Source: Dicyema japonicum (taxonomy: Eukaryota; Animalia; Dicyemida). From it: a stretch of 64,000 nucleotides of DNA. Below the pieces are notes generated by a model, which was not told the origin of the DNA, did not search any database, and was given only the letters and a program-made list of their open reading frames with translations. Position numbers and translations under genes: made by a program. The DNA is taken from positions 1,100,279 through 1,164,278 of the forward strand of contig RDEW01000017.1 of assembly GCA_011109175.1 (NCBI GenBank), given 5' to 3'. How positions within the stretch are numbered: position 1 is the stretch's first letter; each line of letters begins with the position of its first letter. Below, one piece after another: positions 13,413 through 26,510 of the stretch.

Positions 13413-15206
13413 TTAATCACTCCATTCATCATATGATTTACTATCATCTGAGGCAAGTTCATTATGGCGATGTTCAATTGCCTTTTTAAGATTCTCAGCA
13501 AAGCCACCTTCCTTCGTACCATCTTTGGCATTTTCAGCAACCTTAAAATATAAAAGTTTTTTAACCTTTTTTAAAGCGATTCCTTTCCGAATACTGGAGA
13601 GGAGATTATTGATGGCTGGTGGAGGAGAATTGACTTGAAATTTATTTTCCTATAATATACTGTTTTCAGAAGGTTTAGAAGATGCTATTTTTGGGGTTGA
13701 GGAGGTAGTGGAGGAATCACTTCATTTGGCTCATCTAAAAAATTATAGATTTGACAAACCTGGTTCTAAAACACGCGTAGTAGGTGGAGGGAGTGGTGGA
13801 GGAACTAGTCTATTAACTTTTCGCTTTTTCTCTTTATTTGATAGCGTTTTGGTTACACAGGATTGTTTATCAGCAGTTGATTTACTCTGCTGTTGCTTCG
13901 ATACCGTTTGAGTTTTATTTGATTGTTTATTAACAGTTGATTTATTTTGCTGCTTTATTGGTACTGTTTGGTTTCACTATCAACAATTGATTTATTTTGC
14001 TGTCCCTTTGTATCGTTTGGATTCACATGATTGCTTATTAACGGTTGATTCACTTTGCTGTCCCGTTTGTATCGTTTGGGTTCCACACGATTCCTTATTA
14101 ACGGTTGATTTACTTTGCTGTCCCTTTGGTATCGTTTTGGCTTCACGTGGTTGCTTATTAACGGTTGATTCACTTTGCTGTCCCTTTGGTATCGTTTTGG
14201 CTTCACATGGTTGCTTATTAACGGTTGATTTAATTTGCTGTCCCTTTGAATCGTTTTGGCTTCACATGGTTGCTTATTAACGGTTGATTTATTTTTTTGT
14301 TTACTTGAATTGAGAACTTTCGAAGTGAATAGTTGAATATTCGGTGGAGGCGGTCTATTTTCAAATTTGAGTTTGGATTTGATTTCTACCAATAAATATA
14401 ACTCATAAATTATGTTAAAGAAAAATTTTTAAACTTTTTTGATCCAAGTGTCCAGGACATTTAGTTTTCTTGTTCAAAGGTTTATTTCTGACGTTTGTCT
14501 CTATAAAATCATAAACTGAATTCAAATTAGCAGGATCGTTTATTGGTTTGATCACAGGATTCCTGAGTTGTTCAACTAAACGAGTTTCAACGTTTTCTCT
14601 TTTGTTCTTAAATGTTTTGGATGTTGTGTAAAATTTCTGTTTTTTAATTGACTCAGTGATTGGTCTCCCAGGATTGACTGAATGGAGTTTATTAACTTTG
14701 TTATAAATTCATGTTTACCGCATAGTTTTATCCGTTTTTCCATAATTTGGTTAAAAAATTCGCTTCCATTTTGTGCATAAAGTTTAGACCGTAGATAAAA
14801 TTCTAATCGTCATTTAAAAGGTCACATTGGTTTCGAATGTGTAAAAGGTAGGTTTTGGTGTTGTGTAGTTGAAATTCCTACCCAAAGTTTCACGGATCAA
14901 AATACGATTCTGGAATATTAAAAACGTGATGCCTGTGCGATGGAAAGTAAGTAAATTGAATAACAGCGATTTCTGTGGTCTTTGATAACCGAGGCAATTC
15001 CATTATCGTCGAATTTCCATTTGTCAAAATTTGGCTCACAGGCTTTGAAGATTTGACTATTCCAGCACATAAAGACTAAACGTTGACAAAAATAAGACTT
15101 GTCGCCCATTTCCAATAATTTTCATTAAACTTAGGTTGTCCTTTTCCGTAACGAACGAGGACCCATAGTTTACAAGTTTGTTTCGCCTATAAATAGGAGG
15201 ATTCAT
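13413..15206 (-). CDS. WASL: WASP/N-WASP family actin nucleation-promoting factor (WH1 - repeat/Pro-rich - WH2/C/A), about 8 micro-introns
   Basis: WH1: NYGSSFVTEKDNLSLMKIIG...KWKFDDNGIASVIKDHRNRCYSIYL...YTTPKPTFYTFETN..YGLNF. C-terminal VCA: NLLSSIRKGIALKKV...FAENLKKAIEHRHNELASDDSKSYDEWSD*. Several 1-nt frameshifts must be corrected. Confidence 0.85.
13850..14290 (-). repeat. 60-bp coding tandem repeat (about 7 units, degenerate at the ends) inside the WASP gene
   Basis: Units visible as acggttgatt...cttatta at 14041, 14101, 14161 and 14221; consensus peptide TIPKGQQSESTVNKQPCEAK. Confidence 0.9.
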
Positions 15207-15339
15207 TATAGATCGACTTAACGGAATAATATATTAAATAAACGATAAAGTTGCCAAAACATACAATTGCCTATATTTACCATTTTTAACATTTCGAATT
15301 AATTTCTTAATTTGCTCAAAACATTATTTGTCGGAAACT

Positions 15340-15700
15340 AAATGAATAACACCATAGAAGTGGCAATATGTAAAAAACTGGTTCCCTTTTAGGAGAAAGT
15401 GAGGATGTTATATACAAAAGGGACTATGCATTAATTAAAGAAGTCATCGCTTAAGCGAAAAGGGATCAGTATCAAACTTAGAATATTTCTATACAATTCG
15501 CTATACAACGCTGAGACCTGGGCTACCTCAAAAGAGGAAGTGAAGAGACTGGAATCTTTCCAAGAAATCACCTGAGAAAAATAACAAAAATGGGCTGGTC
15601 GACCAGGATCTTATGGAAAGGAATCCAAAATAAATGCGGGTATGAGCCAATAAGCCTGGAGATAACAAAATCCCACTGGAGACTATTTGGGGACATTCAG
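15340..15700 (+). mobile_element. Degraded RTE-like LINE fragment
   Basis: KLRIFLYNSLYNAETWATSKEEVKRLESFQ-type RTE C-terminal remnant. Confidence 0.6.
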
Positions 15701-16403
15701 TCTTTAACCTATAATCACGTGGGTAGACTTTAAAAGTACATAGGATACATCAAGTAACCAATCTGACAATACCGAACAAAATAATAAACCATTATGAATG
15801 CATCAATCACATCCCTCCGAAAATTTGAAAGCCCTCCTCTCTTTGTATACCAAAACGTTCTTTAACAAGATTTTTATATTTTCAGAGATTTAAAATCTAT
15901 CAGAAATCAAGTCTACCTACTCTTGCGAGCCAAATGGAAAACCGATAATCATTATTAAGAACTTGGGACCCTTCGTTTTCATGGCTTTAACACAGATATC
16001 TAACTTTTTCCTCAATCGGAATTCATTTTCATCCATCTGAAGTTATCGTATGTTTAATCCTGAAGCTTGGATGAAACTCTTTAAAAGTTTTCGTCCTCTT
16101 TGGTAAACCCTACCCCCTTCAAGACCACAGTAAAGAGAAGCGCCTGGTTTATCTCACGTGAACGCCTACTACCAGTGTGATCTAACAATGAGTGCATCGG
16201 ATCATGTGAAGATCACTGAGCGAAGATGAGGTCATTGCTGAGAGTAGCAGGATCATCTAATAGTAGCGTTTTTTACAACCTTATTTTATCGTTATTCTTA
16301 AAAATTAAACTAAATTTTTATTCAAAGACCACCATTAAACCGAAAGACAAACAAAGAGACCCTGACAAGTTTGGCGCGATGCTCCTCCCTTGATTCTATA
16401 AAA

Positions 16404-17167
16404 CAGTGGTTTCCAACCTTTTTGAGAGCACAGAACCCTATCGACATTTTACATTTTATACGGAACCCTTATATAGTTTTTAACAATTATCAGTATTTTA
16501 CTAATATAAAAAATAAAATGTCAGTTAGTAAGATGGTTGAGGCTGATGTTTGTTCGCTGAACCAAAGTGGTTTCAATGTCATCAGAGATATCCTTGATGC
16601 GTCTGCTCACAGAATTATTAGAAATAGGAATTAAGTCAAAAACAGCGGCAGAAACTTCTCTGAACATTATCTTCACTACTTCTTTGCATGCAGGCAAAAT
16701 AACAGTTTCGGCGAGAGTATGCGATTTCATATTTGTAGCGGCAATCTCAGCAACAGCATAACTGACATGCAGTGCTTTTTCGTTTATTTTGAATTTTTTG
16801 TAAAACGGGATGCTTGAACTTTATTCTGGTCCAATTTTGGGATAAAATTTTCTTTTTTTCTTTGAAAGTTCAGGTGCTTGGTGTAGAAATAACGTCTAAG
16901 TGTCGTTGGAGCCATAGCACTATTCCCAAGTTTTTCAGCGCAAACAATACAAAATGGTACAGGGCAATCCATATTCCCAGTCCACGTGAAACCAACTTTC
17001 TCGATACGATCGAACTTTAAGATATGCACTGTCACAAGACTCCATTTAGACACGCGCAAATTAAATTACTTTGAAAAAAGAATTAAAAAAAATTTGGAAC
17101 TTCGCGGAACCCCTAGATTATTTCACGGACCCCTTAGGTTCCGCGGAACTCAGGTTGGGAACTTCTG
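16404..17167 (-). mobile_element. Internally deleted hAT (Buster/Charlie) DNA transposon, 764 bp
   Basis: TIRs cagtggtttccaacc and ggttgggaacttctg; 8-bp TSD ctataaaa/ctatagaa with central TA; BED-finger remnant PFCIVCAEKLGNSAMAPTTLRR..TKH and KSHTLAETVILPAC...SNNSVSRRI. Confidence 0.9.
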
Positions 17168-17589
17168 CTATAGAAGGTGTTGGGGTCGGGTCGGGTTATC
17201 TCTTGACCACGTTATATCAGTCTCCTCCGTTGTTCCATTTTAATTTTATATTTACTTTTTAACTAAATACGTGTAAACATTGAAACATAGTTTTAATTAC
17301 TTTATCCAAAGTGGTACCCGCCGACATTACCGACGTTGCGTTGCCTCTCACGATTACAACAGAGATCAACTGAAGAAGCCACTGGGTCTCACGTGCTTTT
17401 TAACTAAAAATACCATATATTGATTCTGTAGAATGTGTAAAAGGAAGTCACCAATCAACCTTATATGTGTTTAGAGTGGTGCCTTGTGGCTCACCTGTCA
17501 CCCATTCCGGAAAGGAACGAAGAGCCATCAACTTCTCCATACCATTTGGTCGTTCCCTTAATCTGCCTCTGACTTGGTTGGTGTTGTCA

Positions 17590-18826
17590 TTTTTCTGGAC
17601 TATTGATTCTCACATGTGGTCACATTGAAACAAACCCTGGTCCACGTGGAGACAATAATTTTGCATTAAATGAAAATGGAATTGGAAGAAATTCTGGGAC
17701 TTCGAGGTTTTCTCTAAAAATCGAGCAGATCTCGTTCTTCCTCGATCTGAATTTTTGGTTTCGTCTTGAAGATCCGCCGCTACTCATTAAAATCTCGATT
17801 TATTGGCGATGGATTAAATACTACCCACCACACATGCGTACCACAAAGATCTCCATTGACATATTTCGACACAGTTCCGAGGAAACTTCTCATTCTGAAG
17901 ATTTTTGTTTCAAAAGTTCATTCAAACCTAAAGCTGTGGTTGGCTAACTTTGGGAGAGTCATCGTTGGTCACCTCAAAGTTACGATTACTAACAAATGAA
18001 GTACCCCAGGTTTCTTTGCTTTCTCCAACTCTGACGGGGAAAAGGCTCCTCTTTATTATCCTACGCAAATGATTTAATGGTTACAACACGCAATTGTTGG
18101 ACGCAAGTTGCAACCTCTAATGCCCAGTCGAAATGAATATTGTCTACGATTGGTTAATTGGCAACTGCTTCAAGATTTCTGCAGAAAAATCAACATGTAC
18201 TTTATTCACCTCAGACCGTCGTTCCAAAGAAGATCCGAGAATTTTCATTGGGCCTGTTCAGTTATCAGTAACAAGATCTCCTTCAATTCTTCGAATAACG
18301 TATAACTCCCATGCGAAGTAAAAGCCTCTAGAAGTTTTACGTTGTATGTGCACTTGTCCGGAGGACCCTTTGAATTTGGAAGTTCTGCTGCAACACTCTA
18401 CCGGAAAACGATTTGGATATGCCTCTGCTGTGTGGAGATTAGCGTTATCGGAGACTACATTCTACAGACTCAATTCGATATACCAGAAAACTATTTATAT
18501 GATGGGCCCTCATATTAGATCAACAGTCAATCCCTACTCACAGAAGAAACGACCAGTAATCGCGGATTACTTTGGGTATGTGTGGAGGATGAAAACCCGC
18601 TTCGTCTGCCCATTTCCATGACAAAAGAAAACCGATTGATTAAAAAGTTCTCCTCTCCAATCTAATTCCTCTGCAGGAATGAGAGAGGGCTCTTTTTTAT
18701 GTTAGTGGGAACAATGGAAGACCACAGTCGTTGGATGGCTCGGTCGATTACGGGAAATGGGATTACCTAACTGTCTGAAGTTTTTTTTCTCTCTCAGTGA
18801 TCCCGTGGTTCTAAATAAAAATAAAT
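17590..18826 (+). mobile_element. Heavily deleted LINE of the same family as 2500-3508, with an N-terminal 2A-like motif and intact 3' end
   Basis: LILTCGHIETNPGP at 17600-17644; RT remnants FDTVPRKLLILKI..LKLWLANF; ends MARSITGNGIT* followed by a TAAA tail. Confidence 0.75.
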
Positions 18827-19287
18827 TGATTTTGTTGCAGGAAAGTGGCGGCCTTGAAGGGACCAGGGGTGAATAAATAAAATATTGATATATTTTTTCT
18901 CACAAAACGAGTAATCTATAGGTTAATTGATCGAGGTTGTGACGTATCTCTGATGCACTATGGCATGACTCTAGTGCAATAAATGCCTTCATTTTATTAA
19001 GATCGACTAATATTTATAATAAACCTGCAAATCATTAAATTCAATTATCGATGCAATGTCTGTTTAATATATTTCAGAATAATCAAATTGATAATTTGTA
19101 ATGTTAATAAAAGATTAAAGACATGTTAGAACCACCATTAACAAATTGTACGGTTATTTGCAAATAAACTCAAAATTTTATCACAATGCAGAATGACATT
19201 AGAAATTTTAATAAAATAGTATTTTATAAAAATAATAATAAAACTTTTAAAAATGTATTTAAATATTACAGAAGTCTTCTTGTGGTA

Positions 19288-19942
19288 ATGCCATCTCACA
19301 GATTATTAAAAGAATTAAGTGATCTAGAAAAAAATAAAGTATGCATAAAATTAAATTCTAGGTTGATGGAATAAAACTAGAAGTTGTAGATGACAAACTT
19401 AATGTCCTTCAGGGATATATTCTCGGATCTCCAGATTCACCGTTCGCTGGAGGGGTCTATAAAATTGAAATTATAATTCCCGAAAACTACCCATTTTATC
19501 CTCCAAAAGTATTCTAGTCTACTTACTCTCAGATGCGATTTATTACACGTGTTTGGCATCCGAATATAAGCTCAAAAACTGGGTTTATATGTCTCGACAT
19601 TCTCGACAAGAAATGGGCTGCTGCTTTGACACTGAGAGTTCTTCTGATGTCTATTCAAGTGATGTTGTGTGAGCCGAACCCAAACGATCCCCAAGATGCT
19701 GTGGTTGCCAAACAGCTTAACAGAGACTATGAAATGTACGCCAAAACCGCTCAGTATTGGACTTACTACTACGCCAATGGTACTTTTTGTTGATAAAATG
19801 ATAAGGGTCTAACTACGACGAGGAATTGGCTGTAAAACAGAAAAATATGATCGACATGGGATTTGATCCTGAAAACTCCCTTCACGCGTTATCGTCGATT
19901 GACTGGGACGTACAGAAGGCTACTGAATATTTACTTCGTTGA
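19288..19942 (+). CDS. UBE2K: Ubiquitin-conjugating enzyme E2 K (UBC + UBA); introns 19339-19361, 19509-19532, 19780-19805
   Basis: Clean spliced ORF MPSHRLLKEL...GSPDSPFAGG..YPFYPPK|MRFITRVWHPNISS..ICLDIL...PQDAVVA and a C-terminal UBA (IDMGFD...ALSSIDWDVQKATEYL). Confidence 0.95.
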
Positions 19943-20169
19943 TTTGTAATTTCGATAACTCAGTTGGAATATTTAGTTTGTTAAATTTGTGTTAAACATG
20001 ATTTGATTTATTGATTTAAGTAACTCAATATACTTTACTTGCTTGGCAACAGTCACCCAACAATGCTTGTGGTTTTAAATTTTTAGTTATTTTCTAATTT
20101 TTACGATAAGATTATTCGTTTTTTAACAACATATTTTCCGTATTAAAAAATAAGGTTATGGTTGAGTGT

Positions 20170-21150
20170 CGACACTTCTCTGTACTCTGTCTATTCTACC
20201 CTCTAATAGTGTAATCTGACTTTACAATTTGAATATCCACATGGGAAACCTTCAATACATTAACTTCCATAGTCCCTTGGTCAAGACTTCTTCAGCTTGA
20301 TGGGAAGGTCATTAGAGAGTCGTTAGTAACTCCGAAAATCTTCTTTAAACCATTCGACAACAGGCGATATTGAATTATGGTTGCCATACCGTACTCTACC
20401 AAGGGGAATTTCTCAGCCACAGTTTTATATTAATATAAGTCTTTTTCGTCAGCCGAGGCCTCGAGATAGAGTCGAATGCCTCCAAAATGCGTCGTCGTTG
20501 GGCGACCTGTCTGAAGCCATGTTGGAAGGAAAGTAACGAAAGATCCGGGAAAATTATCTTAGAACAAGATTTTTCAACACTTTGGACGTTGTGCATGTAA
20601 GAGAGACCAGGCGGTACGAAGAGGGTCACCTTTTGGCTTTCAGAATAGGTGGGATCAAGGAATTCTTCCAGATATTGAGAGAATGTTTGTGTTGATAGAA
20701 TAATTGTGCAGCCTTGGCTCGCGGTCCAAGATGTTTAAGGTAGTCTGGTGGCGACGTAGTGCTTTATTAGTCTATTCACGTGATTGTAAGTTGACTATGG
20801 GGACTGTGAGATTCCCCGCTGCTATTCTCGTTGATAAAACGGTTGGTACTTCTTTGCGTTTTACAAAAAGGTGGCATCCGAATTTTTATGGCATAGTTGT
20901 CCAACGTCTCCACCAGTGCCTGTGGTTACTCGAATTAGTAGCGATATTCTGGAATTGAGTGAACGTAGATAAATCTGGGTAGGTAGGACTCCATTCTTCG
21001 GATTGGGGTTCTGGAATGAACATCCGGATTGTTGAGAATAACCATGGTCTAGAGAGCAAGCATGTCAAACTAAAAAGGCTCCGCTGAAAGAGACCGTATG
21101 CTCTGAAGTCAACTGACTTTTCATTATTCCGTAATCTCTGATTACTCAAC
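20170..21150 (-). mobile_element. Degraded LINE remnant (RT region)
   Basis: FQHGFR, AFDSISR and KLWL remnants on the minus strand with many stops. Confidence 0.5.
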
Positions 21151-21392
21151 TTGTTAATGCAAGAGGGCCTAAGGTCTTTCTATACATCATCTAAAAATCT
21201 AGGACCGAATGAACTTTATGCTTACCCGATTAATCGAACACTCAATTTATCACGGATCAGTACCTATGCTCTGATAGAAATCCACAATCATTCCTATTTT
21301 GATGCCTAACCTCCACCCTTGTGATCCTTCTTATCCGCCCCCGTCCTATTTCCCTTTTGTTTGTCTCGAAGATTGCTGAGAGTTCTACAATT

Positions 21393-21663
21393 AAATAAAA
21401 TTAAAATTATTCCAAAGACCAAGGGTAACCAAACTAACTAACTATTTGATCCTGACTCGCTCCAGCGTTCCAGAACTTATCTCCAGTTAATAAATTAAAT
21501 TAAATCTCCAGGTAACGACATTATCCCCCGGGAAAAAATAGTGGATCCTCTTGATACGAGCCAGGCATTGGGCGTTTTCCTAGTAAGGTGTATCTAATGA
21601 CGCCATCAAAGGGGAGAAAATAATTTTTGACAAACTAGCCACATAGCACCACATGGCGCCACA
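21393..21663 (-). repeat. Interspersed non-coding repeat (SINE-like family B), copy 1
   Basis: Collinear with 33397-33648 (caaagaccaagggt...gccaggcattgggcgt...cctagtaaggtg...ggcgccac); partial copies near 16317, 37150 and 62265. Confidence 0.7.
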
Positions 21664-22063
21664 TAGTGAAACAGTTATATTATTTTAATTGTTTCCGAAT
21701 GCCAACATGGCTTTCGTGCTTATCATTAGAATACAACCCATATATACTGAATCAATTTATTCCCGATTGAAAATAATGATTGTTATGTTCATATCAACAA
21801 AGCTTCCCGTCTGTTTAATTATGGTTACTCACTTTCCTCTCTGGTCGCCTTAAGCTACTTATCAATACCCATCAAACGACGTTCCTCAAGGTTAGGCCTT
21901 GTTTAATCTTCAACTAGCGACCTTACCAACAAACCAGGATACAATTCTTCATCCTTATGGCGATATCATAAATCCCTCTCGCTGTCGCGACGTAACCGTC
22001 GAAACTATGATACTGTTAGAACATATTGACAAACTTATTATTGGATGGACCAAATACATATGA

Positions 22064-22608
22064 CTGAGTACTTTAGTGAGATATTAGGTAATAGTTTAAT
22101 ATATGATGTAGTTATCTGCAAAAATAATAAAATATAATGTTATCAAAATATGGAGGATATTCAAATTACTATTTTGTGATATTTTTGTTACTAGTTTTTG
22201 TCCTTTTTTTAAATATAATTTTAAAATTACACAGGTTTAAAACATAAGCGGGAAATTTCTTCGTTTTCTCATGAAGCTGCATGTCTCGCCACAATAACGA
22301 GGTTGTCAGTAGAGACGAAAGGATAGAGTTTGGAGAATTCGAGTGGGAAGGTCGTAAGGAACATATTGAAAGATGCTGAAGATAATGGAGATCCTCGTGG
22401 GACTCCGTTTGAGAGGTATCGTGATTTTTGACTTTTGATTATTTAACATCACTTTTTCTATGAGGATACGGTTTATGTGCTATAATCTGTCGCAGTCCAA
22501 TGGTCCGCTTGGTTGATTCTATTAAGTTTTAAATTCATTAATTATTTCTTATTGAACCTTCAAATTTGACTCTTCAATCTAGTCATTTCCTCTAAAAGTA
22601 TTGTCTTC
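22064..22608. repeat. About 545-bp near-identical duplication, copy 1 (copy 2 at 25967-26510)
   Basis: Direct visual alignment with scattered substitutions; contains a minus-strand RT remnant NGVPRGSPLSS. Confidence 0.9.
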
Positions 22609-22699
22609 ATCCCTCCTAACGAGCAGTCACCAATAACGCTTTTCACCACAGACCGTCGTCATTCAACTTGGAACCAACTTTATTTATAAACAATGCTTT

Positions 22700-23590
22700 C
22701 CTGCATTATTATTATTTAAGCACTTCACGAGAGCCATACTACATAGCCCTGCATGTGCAGCAAAAGAAACAATATTCGATGTCATCCTTTTTCATGCTCC
22801 CCTGTTCCTTGCCAAGGCTATCATAGTGTCAAGGTCGTCGGCGATTTTTAAATTTCTTTTAATATTAACCAGGTCTTTTTGTAAAACTATTGGCAGTGTT
22901 GTTCTAGGTCTTCCACGATAGCGCCTTCTTAACTAACGTAGTATGTTTCCATAGATATGTTCGGTGGGGATGTTAATTCCATCTTCAGCACGTGTCTGAA
23001 GAGCTTCCATCGGGATTCCAGTACTTCTAGACTGATAGGTCTAGTGCTGCATTTCTTATATAAAGAATTTCTCGATATTCTTGTAGGCTAAGTAGTTCCT
23101 GTTATTTTTCTCAGCTGACCTCAGTGGAACGAGTCTAGTCTTTCCATATCGCTGATGAGGTCGCCCAAGTTCCACGTTATATAAAAGTACGGGTTTTATG
23201 AATGAGTCGTATAATAGGATTCTCATTTTCGTGTTGATGCCCCTTTGATTGAGCCATAGATTCTTCAGTCTATATAACGCAGCATTGGCTAGAGTTTTTC
23301 TACGTAGGATATCTTCCATAAGTGAGAACCGAGTTTCTTTACTTATCGCCACTTCTCTTCTAGGGCGATGCTCATCCTTCTTATCTCTGTGAGTTCTGTT
23401 TTCTCTCTGTTCACAGTAAGAAACCATTTCCCTAGTACATCTGGTGCTTTTTCTAATAGGTGTTCCAGGACCTCTGTTTTCAGAAATTAGGTCTACATCG
23501 TCCGCGTAGATCACTTCTTCCGTCTTTCCTTAGTATAACGGTCTAAGTTCCCTCATAGCGGCTTCCAAATAAATTGTGAATAGTAGGGGA
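22700..23590 (-). mobile_element. RTE-like LINE 3' fragment
   Basis: SPLLFTIYLEAAM, IYADDVDLI and GRPRTTLP motifs; 3' UTR with the cacgagagccata motif and a TAA tail. Confidence 0.85.
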
Positions 23591-25966
23591 GAAAGGAGTC
23601 TCCTTCATGTGGTTAAAAACCCAAAAATTCTTTGTGTGATATTTGATATTTCCTTATCATTTTCAAGACATGTCCACATGTATCTCAAAAGCTAAACTTA
23701 TTCCGAGCCGATGATGTACGTCATCTGCCCAGAGTAAAGATAGCTTGAAGATTATCTACAACTTTATTTGAACGAATCTCGCTCGCCATCCTGAGAGGGA
23801 ATATCCACGCAGTCAAGGAGGCCGCTATATACCATTTGTTCACTTTTTTGCCATTAATAAATATTTGATTCATCAGAACAACGGCGAACTGTGCTGTTTC
23901 TGCCTGGCATCTTGTTTATTAATAGCAAACGTCGAAAAATGATTCAAAACTCTGATCTAAGAATAATTACCGACTGTCTAAAAACCACACAACTGACCAC
24001 CTACACTGGGAATCAAACATTCTCCCAATCAGGGACCATTTCGTGATCCTCCGTCTACAATTCCTCGAGTGAAGGAAGAATCTGCCAATTAGCGTTTGGT
24101 ATTTTCTTCATCTACACTGAAGCCGATCCTGTGTCTTCGGAGATCTCAGAAGGACGGTGCTTTTGAAATATCCGTACATATGGAGTCAGACTGTTCCCTT
24201 TATTCTATTGTATCGCAGTAAGTCAATTTTGTCTCATCGGACGCTACCAGAATCCGACAGGTGAATTTGGTTCTGTGCAGAACTCGGAGGCGGACCCCGA
24301 CAATAGAAGAGGACCGTATTCTAGTCGTCTTGGTCTCTTAACATTTACTATTATTATTTTTATGTAATATTGAATGATTTTCTCATAAAATATTAATTCT
24401 AATAAAAATATAATTTTATTTATATTTTCTGGATAACCTAAAAAGCAAATAAAATTTAAAACTAAAAATTCAAATGTTTAACGTACGACAATATTTACAC
24501 AAACGAACAGGAAAATTTGGAATTATTTGGTAATAAGCTTATAGTAATCAAAGGCTTGCTGCTACAAACTCAAAAAAATCACAAGAAAGGAATATTGTAA
24601 AACTGATGTCGTAGGAAACTGGTTGAGATCATAATTAACAAAAGTTTCGAGTTATTAGCACACGTGGGAGGATTATATAACAAAGATGTTAGACTGTCGC
24701 TATATTTGTCAGGAAAACTGTTTATTGGAATTGTTAGAATTCACTATAAACAGATTTCGTGTTGATTGGTATATCATAAAGTAATAATAACAGAGGATAT
24801 CATGAATTTGACTAAATCACTCAAACAAAAAAAAAAAAACCTAAGAGGAAGTCTAAATACATGAAGAAATTGTGATATTGACTACGTATTTGAAAATATG
24901 ACATTATAGTATTATTTTATTTAATATTTAGTCAATTTCAGGTTATTCGCCATTTAAAGTATTTTAGGAGTTTTGCTGTTGATCCTCGCTTAATATCACT
25001 ACCAGAAGAGTGGACTAGAACTGAATCCGTCATTGAGGATTTGTTCCTTCCTGTTGATGAAAATGATTTTCAAGAATATTATAATCTATTACTCTCCCCG
25101 TCAATTCGAGCGGAACAGTCGAATTCACTGAAGCGACACAGGTTGTACTGTTTACTTAAACAAGTGACACTTTTTTGGATCTTTCCGCCAGCAAAAGGAT
25201 CCTTTCCAATCAAGATATTGAGCCTTTACAGTCTCCAAAAATATTAAATATTTATAATTTTAATATTTTAAGTATTCCTTATTTATATTCATAATCATTC
25301 AACCGTTACATTGTTATCATCAAGTGTATAGTCAATTGTTGTAAAAGTACTTATTTTAGATTGGGGTTTCGAGGGCAAAGAGGTTACTAAGGGATAATGG
25401 CACAAATTATAGTCTCCGCAAAATAAGAGAAAATAGTGAAACTGGAGATAGGACATTATCACCGTTTGTGTTAGCAGGCACAGTCCCCAACATAAGCCAC
25501 CAACTGAACTCTTTAGTTAACAAATATGGTACAATTATATATATTATGAGAATTATTGAATGATATGTGCAGACTAAAATATAATACATTTGTGAGAAAA
25601 TCAAATATAAACGAATTAATGGACAGTAAAACGACTGTCTTTCGTAGCATTGAAATGATGAGGCATCAAAGTGACAATGAGGAGGGAATCGGGGGATACC
25701 AAATGAGCATTCCAGAAAGAAATTCCCAGGAAATGCTGTTTTTGTTAATAAAATAATTTAAAGTAACATATCAGTGAGTGAAAAAACGAGCGAATATGGA
25801 CCACAGTTACCTATTCTTCCGGACATTTCTCAATCATCAAAAATTTCGAGGAAGATCTCAATTAACGAAAGAGTTCTTTCAAAATGCAAGGAATGCATGT
25901 CTTCACAGAAAAGGACAACATTCTCATCGATTTGTCCCCCAACTATGTATTCTAGAAGTCGTGCTG

Positions 25967-26510
25967 CTGAGTACTTTAGTGAGATATTAGGTAATAGTTT
26001 AATATATAAAGTAGTTCTCTGCAAAAATAATAAAATACAATGTTATCAAAATATGGAGGATATTCAAATTACTATTTTGTGATATTTTTGTTACTAGTTT
26101 TTGTCCTTTTTTTAATATAATTTTAAAATTACACAGGTTTAAAACATAAGCGGGAAATTTCTTCGTTTTCTCATGAAGCTGCATGTCTCGCCACAATAAC
26201 GAGGTTGTCAGTATGAGACGAAAGGATAGAGTTTGGAGAATTCGAGTGGGAAGGTCGTAAGGAACATATTGAAAGATGCTGAAGATAATGAGATCCTCGT
26301 GGGACTCCGTTTGAGAGGTATCGTGATTTTTGACTTTTGATTATTTAACATTACTTTTTCTATGAGGATACGGTCTATGTGCTATAATCTGTCGCAGTCC
26401 AATGGTCCGCTTGGCTGATTCTATTAAGTTTTAAATTTATTAATTATTTCTTATTAAACCTTCAAACTTGACTCTTCAATCTAGTCATTTCCTTATAAAG
26501 TATTGTCTTC
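25967..26510. repeat. About 545-bp near-identical duplication, copy 2
   Basis: Matches 22064-22608. Confidence 0.9.

Noticed and set aside
13981-14290. Regular repeats as a CRISPR-like array
   Set aside because: Units are contiguous with no unique spacers, lie within a eukaryotic coding exon, and there are no cas genes
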